Shown: piece after piece, positions 26,951 through 38,646 of the stretch | How positions within the stretch are numbered: the stretch's first letter is position 1 | Layout of the letters: the number at the start of each line of letters is the position of its first letter | NCBI GenBank assembly: GCA_965113315.1 | Contig: OZ220363.1 | Source: Podarcis vaucheri | Lineage: Eukaryota | Strand: one strand, 5' to 3' | DNA: 64,000 nucleotides | Translations under genes and position numbers: made by a program | The notes under the pieces: model-generated | The model's database searches: none | Told to the model about the DNA's origin: nothing | The model's input: only the letters and a program-made list of their open reading frames with translations

Positions 26951-29900
26951 GGGCTGAAACAGGTGTTCATGGAAATTATATCCCTTGCATCCTTTGAACT
27001 GTATTAAGTTGTAGTCATGGAGTCAATGGGTTTCAGCCTCTAGCTGGATCCTGACCCCAAGCACTGCTGTGCAGGGGCATTGAAACATGGGATAGGACTT
27101 ACTGTTGACAGCTGTTTATAGTGACCACAGCTGTCTTTTAGACTGAAAACACAAAATATAATGGTGAAGCTCCATGGCTGGAACTCCCTGTGTAAATGTG
27201 TTTTTCTTAAAGTTGCTGCCTATGACAATGAGTTTTTGATAGGGCTATGGCACAAGGAGGAGGGTCCTGTGGGTGCAGCCACCCTCCTAACACACCTGCA
27301 TTGATTGAATATAATCAAATGCTTGCAGCTGCCCTGTGCCCTAGATGCTCCTAATAAGGTCTAAGGAAGAACCATGTAAGCCCCATACAAAACTGCTGCA
27401 GCAATGCAAATGAACATCTGACAATACAAAAGGAAAATAATCTACAGTGCAGACACACCCTCCATGAACACTGTCAAACCATTTTCTTCGTCATTGCTTG
27501 TTTTTCCTGCCCCCTCCCCCCACCCAAATCTCTAATGAACAAGCAGTTAGGATTCATGTGATCACTGAACTATGTATTCTAAATAGAATGATGTACAAAT
27601 GGGAAAGCCAAAACACCCATAAATATATGAGCAGAATATGTATAAGTTATTTAGTGACTTTTAATATGCAACAGTAAATTGAGCATTACTTGCAGAAGGG
27701 ACATAAATTGTGCAACAATGTTCAATATGGCATCACTTGGCCTTTCCAGCAGCAGAGCACATAAAATAAGAACATAAATAATGATGACTAGATTTTGAAG
27801 TCTATGGCTTGGGTTGTAAGTTTCTCCTCTATTCACGTGGGTGTGGGCATTTCTACTCCCCCCAAAAAATCTTTAACATCCCGTACTATATCCCACATCA
27901 TTCCTAAGTATCTCCCGGATGCAGAGGGAAGGAGGAAGTAAGAAATTATCCTTCCATAAAATGTGAACTCTGTTCTGTTCATAAAATGAAAGTTAGGATC
28001 CAAGCATATGTGTCCAGACACAATAAAGGATGCTTACCCAGAATCAGGGCTGGGTTACAGTTGCAGTCCAGCAGAGCTCCCTGGGGTAGGGTGGAAAGAG
28101 CCCTGGCCATTGGTTTTGGCCAAGGTCGACTGCGGGGAATGATGGGAGTGCCCACCAACTATTCAATTCAAATTGGCCATGGAGGGGGGTGGGGTGGAGC
28201 CTTGGCAGTGGACCAGACTGAGCAAGTCTTCACTCAGGTCCGCTGCACCCGCTTCCAAGGATTGGCAACCCATTTGGGCTTTTCTTCAGGCTATCCCTGA
28301 CAGAAGAACCACTGGAAACAATTTCCTTCCTTGCTGGGTGCAGAAGGAGCCTCCATAGCAATGGAGCTCCTCTGCCAGGGAAGAGTCCCATCTTCTTTAC
28401 CCTAATTCCTTCCAGCGGCACAGAATATGAGTTAGGATCGCACTGTTGTTCAGTTGCATTAAATGGGCCATTAGTATCTGGCTGAAATTAATATGCTCCA
28501 CTTTGTATGTCTCGGAGGCTGGGATGGCTTATAGTACAGAGGTATTGGAACTGTGGTGAGAGTCTCTGATTGGTCTCAGGATGATTTATGAATATTATCA
28601 TCATAAAAGGCCACAAGTACAAGGTACAAGACCATAAATATTATGTTAGGTACACAGGAGAGCAATATGTCTGCTGCAACCCAGTCCAACCCTTATAGTT
28701 AACAGATATGAATAACAATCATAGTTACAGAAGCAGAGATCCTTTATTAAAAGCTGCCAAAAATATTTTAACCTCACCTCACCATTCAATTTCATGATGG
28801 TGCTTCCCTATTTATAATAGTGGGAAGCAAATTAAGCCTAACATTTTGTTAGATAACTTACCGGTAGTTCTTAGCCATGAAAGACAAAAGAGGAGAGAGG
28901 TTTTCTTTCTGCTAATGTAAAAAGCAGTCTTGAATATGCTTATTTAGAAATAACGCTACTGAAGTAAATGGTAACTGGCAGTGAAATCTCATATGTGTCT
29001 ACTCATAAGTAATTCCCATTGGTTTATTCCCAGGTAATTATTACAGGCTTGTTTCTAGAGAAATGTGTTTATGAGCTGGTTGCAAAAAAAGGCAAAGGCA
29101 GAGCCCAATAAGACACATAACTCGAAGTTAAGCTGTACAAATGCAATTTTAAAATGAAACTGGATGGAACTTAAAAATGAGACTAAATCATCCTAGATGG
29201 CGAGTTTGGTACAGGCAGAAAAGGGGGGAAGATCAATGTTAGTGGGGATAGCTGGGTGCTCTTCATGATTATTTGTTTACTAGAAATATGCACAGGTATA
29301 AAATATGGTTGGTATTGATTGTGGGTCCAAGAGTTGAGGAGGCAGCCTGTTGAGGATGGAGCTGCATTGCCTCTGAAGGCTCCTAGAGCCATTACTGTCA
29401 CCTGAGGCTCAGGTAGCTTCAGTGGAGAAGAGAGTTGATTAATAACATCTGGCCCTTCCTGGACTGCTGCATTGTCTGTTATTGGTTTTATTTCATTGTA
29501 ATGGCTTTTATGTTGATATGCTGTATTTTAATACAATGTTGTGTACTGCCCACAGGACCTCTTGGCTGAAGAGCAGGTTGCAAATATAAAAACAATAATT
29601 ACAATTATTTGGTGTATTTGTTTTATGGAAAATCCCTAAGAAGAGTGCATACAAACATAAATTGCATAGACGTTAAGGGCATTCTGAACAAAACTGGAGT
29701 TTCATTTTCTCCCCCCACCAATGGTTTGTATTCAGCTAACTTTTACTTACAATAGACTCGTTAAAATTAATGACCATGACTAATTTTGATTCATTCATTT
29801 CAACGGGTCCAACAAAGTTAGTTATACACAGCCCAATATATTTCCAGTATGATGCTTAAAAACGCTCTTACAGTGTGAATGAATTACAGCCTCCCACTTC

Positions 29901-30164
29901 ACCGAAACTGCCAAAGACCATTTTCATATCATTTTGCCTGCCAAATCGCACATGAATCTTTTTTTGTTTCTTTGTTTTCTCAATGTGGTCAAATTCTGTT
30001 TCAAGAACAAGTGTTCGCCTACTTTTAGGTCAAGAATTTTTTCATTGCTGTCTGGCAGCTACTTGCTTTCATATTTTTTTAAAGGGTAAGAACAAAAGAG
30101 CTATTATGCAATACACCTAGCCTTGCCAAGTCTCTTGGTCATTGACAAAGAAACACCAAAGAGA

Positions 30165-30195
30165 GAGGAGGAGGAGGAGGAGGAGGAGGAGGAGG
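30165..30195. repeat. (GAG)n microsatellite in USH1C intron 1
   Basis: About 10 perfect units. Confidence 0.95.
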
Positions 30196-30339
30196 CAAAA
30201 ACTGTTTTTGGAGGGTATTTCTTTCCTGAGAAATTGCTCTGTGAGACTTTCTAAAATGATGATGCACCCATATATGTATATATCTCTATATATGTAGTGA
30301 TGTTGATTATTGTTGTAAAGACTGCCCAGAAAGTTAAGA

Positions 30340-31080
30340 AACGGCAAGGTCAGCTCCTTGAACTTTCCATTGCCTTCCGCTCGCCTGCTTTGAGAGGCGC
30401 AGGGAAAGGCAGGTCTGGGTCGGTAGAAGAAAGATGGATGGCGAGAGAAGCAGGTTTGCTGGGCGCGCACATTGCGAGCAGCCCATGGCGAGGGTGGGCT
30501 CTGCTGCTTCCTGCCCAGAGGAATCTTACCCTAATCCGCCACACACCTCGGGTCCACTGGGGAAAAAGAAACTTTCTTCTGCTGAAGGAAGCATGCCAGC
30601 CTCCCTTCCCCTCCCCCTGCTCCCCCTTCCGCCAGGTCCGAGTTAATTGACACCGAGAGTCCATAGTCCCAGCGCAATGCCCACACTCCCTTCGCTGGCA
30701 GCGCCAGCAGCTTCTCTCGCTTACGAGGCGGAAAGTGAGGTTAGCGAGGAAGCCCGAGGACGCCGCAGGGATCGTAGGGCAGGCGGTGGGCCGAGCGCCC
30801 CTCTCTTACCTTGTGCCTGAATTCCCTGGCCACCTTCCGCTCCATGGCAATGGGGAGAGCGACCTTCGCTTGGGGAACCTTCGTCGGTGCGCGCACCCAG
30901 CCGATGCCGTTTCCTCCTGGTCCTGGGCGCAGGTTAGGACGCAGGACTCCGGCCGAGCGCTAGAGGGCGCAGCGCAGCCCTGCGGGAAGGGCCGGCCTGC
31001 GCAAGCAGACGGGTTGTCCGAGGAAGAATGTTATTGGCAAGGAAGGCGCTTACCAGGTCGCCTCGCGCTGCCTCGACATT
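30340..31080 (-). promoter_or_regulatory. CpG island over USH1C exon 1 and promoter
   Basis: GC-rich, CpG-dense stretch in an otherwise AT-rich, CpG-depleted background, spanning the USH1C start codon; TSS not definable from sequence. Confidence 0.85.
30810..30845 (-). CDS. USH1C: Harmonin coding exon 1 (MERKVAREFRHK)
   Basis: GCCATGG Kozak start inside a CpG island; 36 nt then GTAAG donor; matches harmonin N-terminus MDRKVAREFRHK. Confidence 0.96.
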
Positions 31081-33109
31081 TTCTTGATGATCTCCTGCAG
31101 CCTCCCATGAATTTCAGTGAAAGGGGGACAACTCAGATCAGCTTCCATTGCATATTATTTCTCGCAAATCTTATCTTTCTGCTATATATTACACTAGGGT
31201 TCGTCCAGGTGAAATTACGCACAATGAAACACTTTTTACAGTCCCATTGATTTCGATGGAAGAGAGTTGCGCAACTGCTAATTAATTCTCCCAGTGAAAT
31301 GAGACTTCAAGGCGGTAAGCCTATTTTCTGGCAGTAAGTTCCAATGATATCAATAGGACTTTCTTTTGGATAGGATTGCACTATTGCTTAACTTTCACAC
31401 ACAGTGTCTCATGACTTTGGGCACTTGGAAGTCTCCCTTATAAGCGTTCTGTGCTGCAACTTAGGGTAGGATCCCAAAGATCCACATCAGGAACTGCAGC
31501 TGGAAGGGGAATTCTTACCCCAAAGCACACAAGTGGACTCTTTGGGTCCAAGATGGTCAAAATTTCACTTCGTTATAGACCCTCTGAATGCAGGCAGATG
31601 TAATACATTTTGTAGAGGATTATGGTTTGAACACAATCTTGCCATTCTCAACTTTGCAACTTTGTCAGTAGCAGAATGATCTTGCATAGAAACAGTTTTT
31701 CAAGTTATTTCACCTGAAAATGAATCAGCCACAGTTTTGAACACCCCCCTCACTCCCAAAGGTTCCCATCAAGCTACAGAACCTTCCTTTTCCTTCTCCT
31801 CTTCCAGCCCATCCAGGAAAAGTCTATGTAGCAGGTGCATTCCATAACTCCACCTTCTCCTACACTTTCCATTCTTCATTCTTTCCGTCTAGGTCATAGG
31901 CACAGTCTGTAGCATTCACTAGCTTCATTCCATGCACAGAAACTGTGACAATGGTACTGCTGTACTTTCAAACCAAGAAAGTGCTGCCATTAGAAATTAT
32001 TCTAAATCCTTCCAGGTTGCGATGCCAATTCTGTTTCCTTATTCAGACTGAGGTGATGCCCTCGGAGCCTTGTCAAGTGAAATGAAACCACCTCATGGTG
32101 AAAGCTATGAGAAAAGCAAATACAAATAAGACAAAAACCTGCAAAGAACTCAAAATATTTAGTCCAATTATCCTTGATTTGTTTTTATTTTTAAGTACAA
32201 TCTAAATTAAAATATCCTTGCAAGGTTTTTTATACTTGTCATCTGTAGAAGGTGATATGAGCCAAAGCAAAAACAAAAAGTACTTTGTGATGTCTTGGAA
32301 ATCCAGACATTTTTTAAAATCCTGCAGAGAGGTACCTAATAAACGCAAAAGTAATGTTTCTGGACAATTCAGCTAAACACCTGTGTGAGCAGAAGCCAGC
32401 ATAGCCAGTCCCACTAGTGCAATGGGCTTTTCCCTCTCTCACCTGGTGCCCCTGTGCCCTCCAAATCATATTGGGGGAATTAGGAGAACCCCCAGAACAG
32501 TACATGGAGGGGGGAGAGGGGAAATAATACCATCTGGAAAGCAGATTGTAGTATCACAATGTTGACTTTCCCTCTCTAAGTATAATGCCAAGGTTGGAAG
32601 GGGAGAAAATGAAGAAGAAGACCAGTTACTTGTTGGAAGTGTTGGGAATGGGACGCAACTCACCTTGTGTTGAAGGCTGGTAGGTTTGCAGGAAGAGGAA
32701 GTAGGCATAGGAAGTAGGGCAGATCCCAGTGCTTGAACTAAGTTTTGCAAATTGCAGGAAGGCTGTCTGAGGAACTGAGGTGGATAGTGGTCATGAGATA
32801 TGAAGTTCTAAACCTAACAGACAAAACAGAAAGTGACAAATCACTGGTTTTGGGTGGCATCCACCACAGTGGCTCAAAAGTGCAATTGCTGATTTTCTAA
32901 CAAAAATATGTAACTTGTCCCTCAGATCAGCTTCCATACTCGAGGACTGGAAAATAGCAAGTGTAACAAAATTTGTTTTTTAAGGATTTAGGGGAAACCG
33001 TGGACATTTCAAGCCTGTTAGCTTAATATCTATTCTGAAAAAAACTGGTAGACAGTATTGTTAAAAGATAAAATAAACCAGCATATAGAAGAGTAAGCCT
33101 TGCTACTAC

Positions 33110-33338
33110 AGATCCAGCATGGCTTTGGCAAGGGCAAGTCCTATGAACAAGCAAATAGATAAAAGTGATCTGGTTGCCATAGTGTACTTGAACTTTAAAA
33201 AACGCTTTTGACAAAGTACCTCACCCAAGACTGCTGAGTAAGCTTAACAGTAATGGAATAAGAAAAGAGGCCTGTTTGTGTACCAGGAATTGGTTAAGAA
33301 GGAGGAATCAGATAGAAGGAATAAATGGACAGTTCTCT
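33110..33338 (+). mobile_element. CR1 LINE RT fragment
   Basis: QHGFGKGKS...IVYL.F.KAFDKVPH.RLLSKL...GI...NWL...GINGQFS across frameshifts. Confidence 0.82.
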
Positions 33339-33796
33339 GAATTTATACTTAGAAATGTGGTGCAATCAGTGTATACCCAAATAGATAACATACTTCCAGG
33401 CCATTCAGAAAGTTAACTTTGCTATATATAATCTCTGAGACACACTGATAACTAGAAAAGCCAGAAAATTGGGTACATTTGAAAACAGAGGCCATCAAAG
33501 CAAGTTTACATGGAACTGAATGTTTATTTGTGGAAGTTCTGTTGTCACTTGAAGCTTATATTTGTGGGTGTTTTCTAGTCTAGGTTTCCCCTGTCTAAGT
33601 TAGGAGAAGCAAGCTTTATATTTTAGTTTTATTCATTACTTGCATGAGTGATTCCTGCAAAATATTAAGTTTGGAAATATTCCCTTTAAGGAAAAGTCAT
33701 ATATTGTATTTTGATGTGTGTGTGTATGTGTGTAAATTAGCAGCTTATTAATTGTACCAAGTAGTCCTATATGGGGTGCTATTAAAGTACAATATA

Positions 33797-34005
33797 CAAT
33801 GGTACCTCGGGTTAAGTACTTAATTCGTTCCAGAGGTCTGTTCTTAACCTGAAGCACCACTTTAGCTGATGGGGCCTCCTGCTGCTGCTGCACCACTGGA
33901 GCACAATTTCTGTTCTCATTCTGAAGCAAAGTTCTTAACCCGAGGTACTATTTTTGGGTTAGTGGAGTCTGTAACCTGAAGCATATGTAACCCGAGGTAC
34001 CACTG
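33797..34005 (+). mobile_element. Tc1/mariner-type MITE, family A
   Basis: TA|CAATGGTACCTCGGG ... CCCGAGGTACCACTG|TA. Confidence 0.88.
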
Positions 34006-35789
34006 TAATAGCAGAAGAATGGTACTGGCATTTAAATCTCAGTGTACATAATATTGAAGACAGACTTGGAGTAATTGTCATAGTCTGCCACGGTAATATA
34101 TTTCCCTGTACTTCAGGAACACAAATAACCTTGCCCAGCAAGAGACAATTTGTGCACAAAAGCAGATCTCAGTGTGCAGATTTGATTTATTTGTATAGAT
34201 CTTGCCTATTCTCCCCCTCCCCTGATGTTTTCATTATTGTGCAAGGAAGTGAAATAATCTGTGTTCTTGTCTCAGACAAGCAGCATCTCCATATGTAATT
34301 TCTCAGCCAGAAGATCAGTTGAAGGAAAATGCAAGTCTCTACTCTCCAGACAGAAACCTGGTTGCAGGAAAATAGATTTTTCCTAGTTGTCAATCCATGA
34401 CATATTGTTGCTGGGAAAGTGCAATCCACACAGTGCCTGCTAGCTGCTCTAAATGTATTGGCATTTGTCTTCCCTCTGCATTCACTCTGAGAGGTTAGAT
34501 GCTAACTCAATAGGCATGTAAATGTCAACTGTTGGTGAGAATTTGGTCACCCAGGTTTGAAAATCATGAGTTCTGCTGTGTATCTGCTATGTTTCTGTTA
34601 TGGTGCAAATGCAGCATAAGAAGCTAAATGTTTCAGGGTGCTGAAATAAACAGAGGGGGGAAATTAGAAGGCACCCTTTTTCATTTTGTGCTTACAGAAG
34701 GACTGAGTTTTGGTGAAGACGTCATTGTGGTTTCATCATTCCTACTGAAATGAATCACTTGTTACAGCTGGAAATACAATACTTGGGGACTAATTACAAA
34801 GACGGGAATGAGATCTTTTTAATTACTTGCTGTTAACAGACTTCCTAAAGCAGTCAGAAAAGGGACTCTTTTCATCTGAGACAATTTCTCACCTGGCAAT
34901 GGAAGCTTTTAAAGCTTCTGTTATGAGATAGCTGAAGGATGAAGGAAGGGAGACAAGGGTGAGAGAAAGTATGGCAGATGGCAGAGGGAGGAGGCAGGGA
35001 GGAAGGGAAGAAGATAATACTACAAAGGAATGAAAGAGGAGAAAGTGCACACACAGAATGGCAAAAAGCTAGAAATAAAAGGAGTACCTTCATTTAAATA
35101 ATGTGAGGAAGTAAAAAACACAGAAATATTTAATGATTATACTTTGTAATAAAAATGAGCTGTATCAGGGGCTATCCAAACTGACATTTACAAAGTCTGG
35201 AGATTAAGAGGCTTACATATTTCATTTTGAAAATATGGGAAGGAAATCTGTTATCGTGGCACACCTTAAACAGGACTATGCCTTCTTGGCTCATGCTCAG
35301 GCTGGTGCTTGGAATTCTCAATTTGCCACCAAACACTTTTTAGTTAAAATGCATCTAGCTATGAGAGATATGTTTCATGCACACTGTGCATGTCATTACA
35401 ACCTAATTAAACCAACAAATTTACATGTATCCAGTTTGCCAATGTGTGTTGCATATGGAGAAATGGTCATTGGCCTTTGTGGCTATATATATTTTAGGTT
35501 ATAACCATTTTAAGTTGCCTATTTTATGTATGGAATAGATTTGTATCACATTTACAGGCTCCCATGACTCCTTTGTTCCCATTCTGCAATACCACTGCCC
35601 TCTGCATTTACATGTGGCACATGTGAATTGCCCCGAGACCTCTGGGTATAGGGTGGTATATAAATTCAATAAAAAATAAAATAAATAACACAAGAGAGGC
35701 TCTGAGGTCCACTCAGCAGCTTGATCATACTCAGATGTAAGATGCATCAACATAAATACACTTTTTAATGTTTTTTTTTATACATAAAG

Positions 35790-36200
35790 GTAATTTATGT
35801 ATACACTACTGTGGCCTGTTTTTTGCTAGCCCAAAATGGAAAACAAGCAAGGTCCCAACTCAAGAAGAATGGCAACTGATGGAATATGTGTAGCTTGTGG
35901 ACCTAAAAATAGAATAAGAGAACAAGAAGAACATATGTTTTTGTAAATAATTTTTAGAAGAACGTATGTTAAAAGAAGATTGGAAAATGTTTATTGAATA
36001 TATGGGGGGAACTGTGTACACTTGAAAACGTTGGCAGCAGTGTAAATAAGTTTTGAGGGATGTAATAATGGAATACGGACTGGTTTAGTTCATGTAAAAT
36101 ATGCAGGGATTTATGTTATGCAAAATGAATCATGGAAAGAGAAGGAAAGTTGTTGGTATTTAAGGTTGTTTAAATGAATATCCTAAATTGTAAAACTATA
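35790..36200 (+). mobile_element. L1/Tx1-like LINE 3' fragment
   Basis: Degraded WK...PT.EEW..MEY...EDWKMFIEY coding remnant followed by an A/T-rich tail; family call from recollection. Confidence 0.55.
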
Positions 36201-36776
36201 TATATGTGAAGCAAGATCCATCAACAAAGCATCTTTATAGGCTGTCATCCAATGCATATTTCCTTTGAGTAGGTCTCAGAATAAAGAGTCTGCAGGATTA
36301 GCCCAAAAGGTGCGTGCCTGTATCCCCTCCCTAGATTCACACGCGCCCAACGGGGTGTTGTGTGGCCTCCTCTTTCTGAGCGCGCCAGCCACGGGCGAAT
36401 CAACCCGAGCGAGGGCATTTCCGAGTCCCCAGCCGAGCCTCCCACCGCGGGTCGTCGCCTCGCTCCCATTTCTTCCTGGAGGCCTGAGCTGCGCTCCCTA
36501 TGGAAGGGGCAGGGGAACGGCGCCTCCTCCTGAGGGGCCGACATTATGCTAATCAGTGAGGGGAGGCGTCCCCCCAGCGCCGAGCGGCGGCGTTTGGAAC
36601 GAGAACAAGGCGAAGCGAGCCGGCCGGTGCGGGTCCACCCCTTGCCGTCCACACTTGCCCAGCGGCGGGGCGCGGAGATGCTGGCCACCAGGCGCGGCGG
36701 GTAAGGGGAGCGCTCGCCTTCCCTCAGCCTCGCCTCCCGCGGCCACCTCAGAGAGCTCGTCGCTCGCTGCGTTCCG

Positions 36777-36834
36777 ATGGAGCCGCGCTTCAGGCGCGCG
36801 AAAGGGATGCTGGTGTACGTCTGGGTGCCTCAGG
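36777..36834 (+). CDS. OTOG: Otogelin coding exon 1 (MEPRFRRAKGMLVYVWVPQ)
   Basis: ATG in CpG island, CAGG|GTGAGT donor; LVYVWVP resembles mammalian LLCVWLP; phase 1 fits exon 2. A second in-frame Met (codon 11) is an alternative start. Confidence 0.75.
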
Positions 36835-37062
36835 GTGAGTGTCGGAAAGCGCGCGGTTTCTGTGAGGCGGGAGGTGTCGTCGTCGTCGGTTCCTTTCAAA
36901 CGTGTGGGTGGGGGAGGGGATTATTATCAGTATTATTATTATTACTATTACCCAGGCGCCGAGAAGGGGCTCCAGGCGCCGCGTTGGTTTGTGGGCGCCA
37001 AGGGCACTCTGGGCAGCCTCGCGCCTTCCCAGCCTCCTCTCAGCTCGCCTCCTCTTTTGCAG

Positions 37063-37126
37063 CGCTGTTCGCGTGGAGCGTGGCTGCGCAGCTGTCTCCG
37101 AGGAGCGCGGCCCCCGGCCAGGCGAG
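37063..37126 (+). CDS. OTOG: Otogelin exon 2 (ALFAWSVAAQLSPRSAAPGQAR)
   Basis: CTTTTGCAG acceptor, GAG|GTAAGT donor, 64 nt, phase 1->2; completes a plausible signal peptide (VAA|Q). Confidence 0.75.
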
Positions 37127-38591
37127 GTAAGTAAGGGGCGTGAGGGGCGCGCGGCGTGCTCCACTTGCCCTTCTCCCTGCGCGCGGCCCGGAGCGAGCTT
37201 GGGAAAGCGGGCTCGCCGTTCCGTACCTTCCCAGCTCCAAAGCAGGCAGAAAAGCGGGGCGCTCGTCAGGGAAGCTTACCTTAACTGGCATCTCAACTTC
37301 AGACTCGGGACGGTTCCTGTCTCTTTAATAGAACGAGAGGAAAATTCCACCAGTGCTTTGCTCACCTCAGGGTGATGGGGAAAGCTGCACCTGGGGGGGG
37401 GGGGAATCTGCCCCTCCTGGGCTTTGATTTGACTCTTAAAGGGCCAGGGGCTCTTTCGGAGCCGACTCTGGGCGACCATTACCAGACCTGGAGGTGTTTG
37501 GGCTGAGAAATGAATGGTGGTTTAAACTGGGAAAGCTTTGCTGAAATGTGCTGTGCGTTCTGACAAGGTGTGAGAGTGAGCGGTGGGAGAATCAAAATCT
37601 GCCTCCAGAGGCAGATCTTTGTTAGTTCCCTGCAGCAAAAGTAACAAAGAGTGATGTTGTTACCTTTAGAAACTAACAGATTTATTGCGGTCTAAGATTT
37701 CATGGGCTAAAGCCGCTCAATCATTTAATGAAGCGGTCCCTAGTTAACAGAACATGCTATGCTACAAAAAATAAAATAAAAACGTATTTAAGGTGACACA
37801 AGACTCATAATTGTAATCAGAATCTGGTAATATATGAAATTTAATTGTGCTTCTGGCACAGAGCTTGGTTGCCTCTTCAGTTAATCACCTGGGGGAGCAG
37901 ATTTTCTTATATTCCTGTGTCAAATATCTTAGGCAGGTTATGGAATTCTTTCCTCTATTTCCCCTTGCCTGCAGAAGAATTATGGAGATATAATTAAATG
38001 GGCATAAACATAAATAAATGGAAGCATTTCTGCATGAAAGGCTTCTGGATTACACTGTTTATTTCCCTTACTGAGTAAGAAATGAGTTTAGTTGCTGGAA
38101 GTACATATGAGGCCACAGAGAATGGGGAATAACTCTTCATGGCTATATTCACACCAGCATTTTTATTGATACAATTTAAAATGTACTAAGTGCTCGCAAT
38201 TTGCAACCTGTTCATTCTTAATGTTTTACAGACTCACGAGAGATGGATTAATTTATCTGAGGAGAAATTAAGGATTTGTGGCTTTCATTTCAAGGTGGAG
38301 GGGAGTAATTAGGGAAAGGAGACTTGCATATAAGAGAGGAGCTGGTGTGTTTTTGTTGTTCAGGAGCTAATCAAAGCAACCAGAGACAGAGTAGAAACAC
38401 ACCCTTTCGGAAAAACCAAGAGTCAAACCCCTTAAGCCCACTTTGCCTGATATTCGCTCCAAAGGAAACTCGCAGTTCAACCTGGGGCCCTCAGTCTGAG
38501 AAGAGGTGCAGCTTCCCTGAGTTCTGCATGAGTAAGAAAGGTGCAGATTACCTCTGCTAAACAAACCCGGCCTTGTTCTTTTTCCGCCTAG

Positions 38592-38646
38592 GAACGGCAG
38601 CAGTGCAGTACTTCGGAAAGGAGATCCTAGTGCCCTGGGAGAGCTG
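38592..38646 (+). CDS. OTOG: Otogelin exon 3 (NGSSAVLRKGDPSALGEL)
   Basis: Pyrimidine tract + TAG, CTG|GTAAG donor, 55 nt; supplies exactly the needed phase 2->0; weak similarity to mammalian ATLAMGDKATVVG. Confidence 0.72.

Larger units (their letters stand above)
36310..37310 (+). promoter_or_regulatory. CpG island over OTOG promoter and exons 1-2
   Basis: Very CpG-dense kilobase with GC-box-like GGGGCGCGG; spans the ATG at 36777. Confidence 0.87.

Noticed and set aside
30117-31250. ORFs of 100-171 aa around USH1C exon 1
   Set aside because: CpG-island artefacts, several with non-ATG starts and no recognisable domains.
36245-37479. Cluster of long overlapping ORFs (up to 192 aa) on both strands
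   Set aside because: Expected from the scarcity of stops in a GC-rich CpG island; low-complexity R/G/P/A products; only the OTOG exon frames are supported.
38232-38294. Alternative candidate for OTOG exon 3
   Set aside because: Good acceptor but wrong exit phase and an in-frame TAA; 38592-38646 fits both phase and homology.
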